Shown: one piece after another, positions 1 to 4,303 of the stretch
Position numbering within the stretch: the first letter of the stretch is position 1
How the letters are laid out: each line of letters begins with the position of its first letter
NCBI GenBank assembly: GCA_048939465.1
Contig: JBHLPL010000058.1
Location: 1-12,153, forward strand
Direction: 5' to 3'
Length of the DNA stretch: 12,153 nucleotides
Origin: Promethearchaeota archaeon
GTDB taxonomy: Archaea > Asgardarchaeota > Odinarchaeia > Odinarchaeales > JBHLKK01
Position numbers and translations under genes: made by a program
The notes under the pieces: generated by a model
What the model saw: the letters and a program-made list of their open reading frames with translations, nothing else
The model's database searches: none
What the model was told of the DNA's origin: nothing

Positions 1-306
1 AATTGAGACGCTCTCTTCAGAGATATCAGCGTATGCTGGAATCAGATCCTTCCTGAAGTATCTCTCGAAGTCATTGACAGGATACCGATGCCAATTGCTG
101 TCCAGAATTGACTCTCCTTCTTTCCTAACACTCCTCCGTCGTAACACTCCCTTCTTCTTGTCATAGTCAAAAGCGAAGTAGATGTATGGATAATACTGTG
201 TTTTTAGCTCCTTTACCTTGCCGAACCGAAGTTCCTTTACGATTTCTTCTATTTCCCCCTCAGACTTCGTAGTAAAAGTCAATATTTTGCGGGCGTCCTT
301 ACTCAA
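1..306 (-). CDS. Hypothetical protein, 3'-truncated at the window edge (>=102 aa; not in the supplied ORF track)
   Basis: Manual translation from TTG at 306 gives a stop-free frame to position 1: MSKDARKILTFTTKSEGEIEEIVKELRFGKVKELKTQYYPYIYFAFDYDKKKGVLRRRSVRKEGESILDSNWHRYPVNDFERYFRKDLIPAYADISEESVSI. The TTG overlaps the TGA stop of the VWA ORF (TTGA, 4-nt overlap) and is the only start after an in-frame TAG. No family recognised. Confidence 0.75.
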   Translation of the reverse strand, partial: MSKDARKILTFTTKSEGEIEEIVKELRFGKVKELKTQYYPYIYFAFDYDKKKGVLRRRSVRKEGESILDSNWHRYPVNDFERYFRKDLIPAYADISEESVSI

Positions 307-1592
307 AGTCTCATCATCTCTAATCTACTTTTTCCAAAGATCGCGCTTGAAGTCGAGTCTTCCATGATTCTAGCTACGGTTTCAACATTGAACTTACCCT
401 TTCGAATGACTCCTGCGCGGAAACCGTAATACTTTCCTCCTGTTATTCTGGAAATCTCTTTAAGGAGCTGGGTTGGTGAAAGGAATTTCTCGAATTTCCA
501 TTTGTCTAAGTGCAAAGGGTTGATTGAAGTTATAGGTATTCTTTTGCGGGCCGCCCGTCTTGCTACAGCGATGACATCTGCTTGAGAGGGGCTATGCATC
601 AAGTCTCTTAAAGCGGAGCTAACTGGACGTTCTAGGGGAACATTCGCCAACCCATCACTCAACACAATAATTAGTGGAACAATGCTTGGATTACGCCTCA
701 ATTCATATTCCAAAACCTCTTGAGCCTTCAATATCCCGGATGCAAGAGGAGTAAGCCCTCCACACTTAAGATTTTTGATGCTTTTGGAAACGATCTGGAT
801 ATTTGTGGTAGGATGATGTAACACCTTAGCATGGTCACCTCTCACCATGATTAGACCTACACGGTCACGTTTCCTATAAGCAGTCCTGTGAAGAAGCAGA
901 ACGGCATTAGCAATAGTCTCCAGGAACCATATCATAGAATCGCTTGCATCAATAACAATTATGATTGAAAGAGGCGCTTTATAGGCCCGGATCTTGCTTC
1001 TCCAGTCTTGTTTCTTGATGTCAACAGCGAGCCTATTCTTGCCTCTCCCTCTGGCTGCAGCTGCCCGTATGGTCGGCCCGAAGGCTAAATCCACCAGTGG
1101 ACCCTTAGGAATCTCAAATCCTATGCTATGCCCTCGCGAAGAGGTAACAGCAACCGCTCTTTTGCCCGAAAGCCAAGCTTTCTCCCCTCTTCTGACTTTG
1201 GCTTGAATGTTTGCCCCTAGTTTGTGCCTCTCCAAGAAAGCATCAGGTTTAATGGTGACGGGATCCCCCGGAACCTTTTCTCTCTTTTCGGGGGACATCA
1301 TGATCTCCCCCGTAGGAATCCCTTTTTTATCATAACCCTTCTTTCTCACAAACATACTACTGCTGGGTTTCTTCTTCCACACTGAACTCAGTTTATCCTT
1401 CAGGCTTTCGAATTTTTTGATGACTGCCTCCTTTGTTCTATGGAGATACCCACCTCTTGGGACTCTTGGAAATCCCTTTTTTACAGAAACAGGTACCTTG
1501 GTAAATAATCCCGTTTTAGTCTTTATTGAAACACCGCCCTGTTGCTTCTCTCGCTCTTCCCAAAAGCTTGTACGGCGCTTCACTCGCTCCAT
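303..1592 (-). CDS. chlD: ChlD/BchD-type C-terminal module: basic linker plus von Willebrand A (VWA) domain; possibly the frameshifted second half of a chlD-like gene
   Basis: Intact MIDAS: VIDASDSM (DxSxS, 936-950), GGLTPLASG, VLSDGLAN. Also YRKRDRVGLI and RGH..EIPKG..DLAFGPTIRAAA, typical of the ChlD/BchD C-terminal region. There is no SD before ATG 1592, and the frame is open upstream to 1646. Confidence 0.85.
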   Translation of the reverse strand: MERVKRRTSFWEEREKQQGGVSIKTKTGLFTKVPVSVKKGFPRVPRGGYLHRTKEAVIKKFESLKDKLSSVWKKKPSSSMFVRKKGYDKKGIPTGEIMMSPEKREKVPGDPVTIKPDAFLERHKLGANIQAKVRRGEKAWLSGKRAVAVTSSRGHSIGFEIPKGPLVDLAFGPTIRAAAARGRGKNRLAVDIKKQDWRSKIRAYKAPLSIIIVIDASDSMIWFLETIANAVLLLHRTAYRKRDRVGLIMVRGDHAKVLHHPTTNIQIVSKSIKNLKCGGLTPLASGILKAQEVLEYELRRNPSIVPLIIVLSDGLANVPLERPVSSALRDLMHSPSQADVIAVARRAARKRIPITSINPLHLDKWKFEKFLSPTQLLKEISRITGGKYYGFRAGVIRKGKFNVETVARIMEDSTSSAIFGKSRLEMMRL

Positions 1593-1594
1593 TT

Positions 1595-1647
1595 GCTGCT
1601 TATAGATGTCAAGGTCAGCTTTCGCGAAAAAACTGCCTGGTCTCCTT
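1595..1647 (-). other. Candidate programmed frameshift cassette (+1 or -2) linking the chlI-like and VWA ORFs
   Basis: Minus strand reads AAGGAG(1647-1642) ACC AGG CAG TTT TTT(1632-1627) CGC GAA AGC TGA. The +1 frame (TTC GCG AAA GCT GAC...) is continuous with the VWA ORF. A weak GCTG-AC-CTT...AAG-CAGC hairpin lies at 1619-1595. Confidence 0.5.
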
Positions 1648-2682
1648 TACGCTCTTCTTGAATGCCTCGTTAATCTGTTCTGCTGAAGCCGGCTCCTCAT
1701 AACCGCCCAGTCTGGTTCTATGCTGAAGGGCGAGCTGAGACGCCCAGTTTATATCCTCAAGTTGCACAGTACTCCTCCCTTCATAAGCAGCCAGTGTTTT
1801 TGCTGTCGTGACGATAATGATGTCTGGACGATGTCCGTCAATGCCCAACAGCGTGCACATCCTTGCTACGACGTGGAGGATTCCATCTGGTATTTCGACT
1901 CTGCCTAGCAGCTGGCGTGCGTTTGCTATTCTGCCCTGAACTTCCTTCTCCTTCTCTTTCCAATTACTATAAAACTCCTCAGGATGTTCGGAAAACTCCA
2001 TGTTACGCTTGATGACCTCGACTCTCATCCCCTCGTCAGTTAGTCCCCCGATTGAAACCGATAGCGGCAGACGGTCAAGTAGCTGAGGTCGCAACTCCCC
2101 CTCTTCCGGATTCATGGTTCCCACAAGCACGAATCTGGATGGATGAGAAACTGAGACTCCTTCTCTTTCGACATAATTCCATCCGAGCGCTGCAGCGTCG
2201 AGAATAACATCAACAATATTGTCCGGCAAGAGATTAATCTCATCAACATACAGAATACTCTGGTTTGCCCTGGCAAGTATTCCTGGTTGAAGGGCAAGAA
2301 CTCCCTTAGTGAGGGCCTTCTCAACGTCTAAAGTGCCTACAACCATGTCCTCGGTAGCTCCTAGCGGCAAGGTCACAACTCCCATTCTTTTCTTTTTTGT
2401 TGTAAGCTTCCCCTTTGCGCCGCTTTTCTCCCTGCAGACTTCACACATATTTGTGGTATCGTGAGGGCTACAGTTGAATGGACACTCACTTGAAACTTCG
2501 ATCGGAGGGAGCAAACCAGCAAGTCCTCGAACCAGGGTTGATTTCCCGCTGCCTTTTTCACCCCGGATCAGCACTCCTCCAATACGCGGATTGATGGCAT
2601 TGAGTATCAGTGCGATTTTGGAAGGCTCATGATTGACAAAAGCCGTGAATGGGAAAACAATTCTACTAGCTCTTTCTGCCAA
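1615..2682 (-). CDS. chlI: ChlI/BchI-type chelatase-family AAA+ ATPase (355 aa), or N-terminal half of a frameshifted chlD-like gene
   Basis: N-terminal [24 protein letters not shown]; Walker [10 protein letters not shown]; Cys insert CPFNC-x8-CEVC (C67/71/80/83); Walker [10 protein letters not shown]; [17 protein letters not shown] (sensor 1/Arg finger); GHRPDI. TTG start with AAGGAG 9 nt upstream. The metal substrate cannot be assigned from this window. Confidence 0.92.
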   Translation of the reverse strand: MAERASRIVFPFTAFVNHEPSKIALILNAINPRIGGVLIRGEKGSGKSTLVRGLAGLLPPIEVSSECPFNCSPHDTTNMCEVCREKSGAKGKLTTKKKRMGVVTLPLGATEDMVVGTLDVEKALTKGVLALQPGILARANQSILYVDEINLLPDNIVDVILDAAALGWNYVEREGVSVSHPSRFVLVGTMNPEEGELRPQLLDRLPLSVSIGGLTDEGMRVEVIKRNMEFSEHPEEFYSNWKEKEKEVQGRIANARQLLGRVEIPDGILHVVARMCTLLGIDGHRPDIIIVTTAKTLAAYEGRSTVQLEDINWASQLALQHRTRLGGYEEPASAEQINEAFKKSVKETRQFFRES

Positions 2683-2691
2683 AACCCTAAT

Positions 2692-2697
2692 CTCCTT
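2692..2697 (-). promoter_or_regulatory. Shine-Dalgarno-like site of the chlI-like gene
   Basis: AAGGAG 9 nt upstream of TTG 2682. Confidence 0.6.
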
Positions 2698-2730
2698 CTT
2701 GTATCTCTCCTTTCATAAGAATAAGAACTC

Positions 2731-2747
2731 CAAAATAAAAGTTTTTC
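2731..2747 (-). promoter_or_regulatory. Putative archaeal BRE/TATA promoter of the chlI-VWA-ORF operon
   Basis: Minus strand GAAAAAC TTTTATTTTG in the AT-rich intergenic region, about 55 nt upstream of the start. A second candidate, GAAAAATTAATG, lies at 2760-2749. Confidence 0.45.
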
Positions 2748-2786
2748 ACATTAATTTTTCAAAATAAGCTCCCTATTCCCCGGCTG

Positions 2787-2806
2787 AAAAGAAGTTGGAG
2801 GGAAAA
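2787..2806 (-). terminator. U-rich terminator candidate after the malic enzyme gene
   Basis: Minus strand TAG TTTTCCCTCCAACTTCTTTTC immediately after the stop. Confidence 0.5.
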
Positions 2807-4129
2807 CTAATCCGGAAATCTATCGAAAAGCCCCTCTTTTGTCATTATTGCAAGGACTTTGTGATACTTCTCCACTCTTCGCTGCGTGTCCCTAAGGATC
2901 TCGTCTGGGTCAACTTTTATCCTGGCCATACCTGTTTTAATGGCAGCTCTTGCAACGGCAGCTGCTTCACGAGGAAACACGTCAAACTCACTCATTGTAG
3001 GGGTAATATAGTCTTCAGTAATCCCCTTTTCTTCTGAGAATTTTGCCAACTCCTCAGCCGCAGCTATTTGCATATCCACATTAATTGTGGGGGCCAAAAC
3101 ATCAAGACTTCCTCGGATGATTGCAGGAAAACCTAACGAGTTGTTTACCTGGTTGGGATAATCCGAACGTCCAGTCGCAACAATCCTTGCCCCTCCCTTT
3201 TTTGCCTCTGGCGGTGATATCTCTGGAACCGGATTTGCCAGGGCGAATACTATGGCATCATCCGCCATAGAGGCAACCATATCTTTGGTGATGACCCCAG
3301 GACCTGGCTTCGAGATTGAGATCGTAAGATCAACCCCCCTCATGGCTTCTGCGATTCCTCCTTCTCGTTCCTCCTTATTCGTCTGTTTTGCCATTCTTTG
3401 CTTGTATTCGTTTAGGTCCGGAAGTCTACGTGTGTTCAGGATACCTCCGCTATCCACAACAAAGACATTTCCTGGTCGGGCGCCTGTGTCAACTAGGAGC
3501 TTCACAGTTGGCAATCCAGCAGCCCCGGCTCCGATAATCGCTATCTGTATCTCATTGATCTTCTTCCCAACTAGCTTCAAAGCATTAATAACTCCAGCAA
3601 GTATGACAGTGGCTGTTCCTTGTTGGTCATCATGCCATACAAATATGTCCAATTCATCAATCAACCTTTCAAGCACGTAAAAACATTTGGGCGAAGCAAT
3701 GTCTTCTAAGTTAATGCCTGCAAATGTTGGGGACAGCCACTTCACTGCAGTAATGATATCATCAGGATTCTGAGTGCCAAGAGCTACGGGAAAAGCGTCT
3801 ACGTCTGCCAAATACTTGAAAAGCACGGCCTTTCCTTCGAGTACCGGTAGACTTCCATGAGCCCCTATGTTTCCCAGACCCAGTACGCGACTTCCATCGG
3901 AGACAACTGCGACGAAGTTTGGCTTGTTGGTATAGTCGAACACTTTATCCGGATCTTTGAAAATCTCATTGCAGGGTTCGGCCACTCCTGGCGTATAGAC
4001 TATTGCAAAATCACGATAGCTTCTAATAGGATGCTTTAGATTCACAGAAATCTTGCCTTTGTAGAATTTATGCCATCTCTTAGCAATCTGTTCAAATTTG
4101 TGAATTCTAGATCCCTCCCAAGCCTGCAA
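2807..4129 (-). CDS. mae: NAD(P)-dependent malic enzyme (oxaloacetate-decarboxylating malate dehydrogenase), single-domain, no PTA fusion
   Basis: YTPGVAEPC; VAVVSDGSRVLGLGNIG; PVLEGKAVLFK; GINLEDIASP; HDDQQGTA; Rossmann GAGAAG; FALANPVPEI; ATGRSDYPNQVNN. The TTG start directly follows an in-frame TGA, so it is the earliest possible start. Confidence 0.96.
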   Translation of the reverse strand: MQAWEGSRIHKFEQIAKRWHKFYKGKISVNLKHPIRSYRDFAIVYTPGVAEPCNEIFKDPDKVFDYTNKPNFVAVVSDGSRVLGLGNIGAHGSLPVLEGKAVLFKYLADVDAFPVALGTQNPDDIITAVKWLSPTFAGINLEDIASPKCFYVLERLIDELDIFVWHDDQQGTATVILAGVINALKLVGKKINEIQIAIIGAGAAGLPTVKLLVDTGARPGNVFVVDSGGILNTRRLPDLNEYKQRMAKQTNKEEREGGIAEAMRGVDLTISISKPGPGVITKDMVASMADDAIVFALANPVPEISPPEAKKGGARIVATGRSDYPNQVNNSLGFPAIIRGSLDVLAPTINVDMQIAAAEELAKFSEEKGITEDYITPTMSEFDVFPREAAAVARAAIKTGMARIKVDPDEILRDTQRRVEKYHKVLAIMTKEGLFDRFPD

Positions 4130-4132
4130 TCA

Positions 4133-4165
4133 GTGTGTAGGTACTATTGCACACACGCTAGTGCA
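4133..4165. repeat. Two overlapping short inverted repeats between the malic-enzyme TATA box and start codon
   Basis: GTGTGT(4133-4138)-N12-ACACAC(4151-4156) and TGCAC(4148-4152)-N8-GTGCA(4161-4165). Confidence 0.45.
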
Positions 4166-4180
4166 TTAAATACTTATTCC
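4165..4180 (-). promoter_or_regulatory. Putative BRE/TATA promoter of the malic enzyme gene
   Basis: Minus strand GGAATAAG TATTTAAT, ending about 36 nt upstream of TTG 4129. Confidence 0.45.
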
Positions 4181-4251
4181 TTTTTAAAAAATAGGTTGTT
4201 TTTTCGCTTCTATTTTTCAAGTCTCTGGTTGATATGATGCTAAAGTGATGA

Positions 4252-4260
4252 TATATATAA
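4252..4260 (+). promoter_or_regulatory. Putative TATA box of the surface-protein gene
   Basis: TATATATAA about 45 nt upstream of ATG 4304; SD-like AGGCGAT just before the ATG. Confidence 0.55.
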
Positions 4261-4303
4261 TCTGGTGCTCATATTGAATTATAAGGAAAAAAAAGGCGAT
4301 AAT

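Noticed and set aside
1603-1617. UGA readthrough (Sec or suppression) joining chlI to the VWA ORF
   Set aside because: The same frame continues TGA CCT TGA CAT CTA TAA, with more stops, and the VWA ORF is in a different frame.
2687-2716. 9-codon upstream [12 protein letters not shown] before the chlI-like gene
   Set aside because: It mostly consists of the purine-rich SD region, and its ATG probably lies at or upstream of the predicted transcription start. There is no sign of a regulatory leader.
3451-3470. Malic enzyme VDSGG instead of the common DSKG/DRKG as a sign of altered cofactor use
   Set aside because: A single residue cannot assign NAD versus NADP specificity without an alignment or structure.
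3252-3680. 142-aa plus-strand ORF
   Set aside because: Antisense shadow of the conserved malic enzyme, with no motifs or initiation signals.
4265-4303. GTG start giving a 1006-aa surface protein
   Set aside because: It lies only ~5 nt after the TATA box and would put 13 extra residues before a good signal peptide. ATG 4304 fits better.
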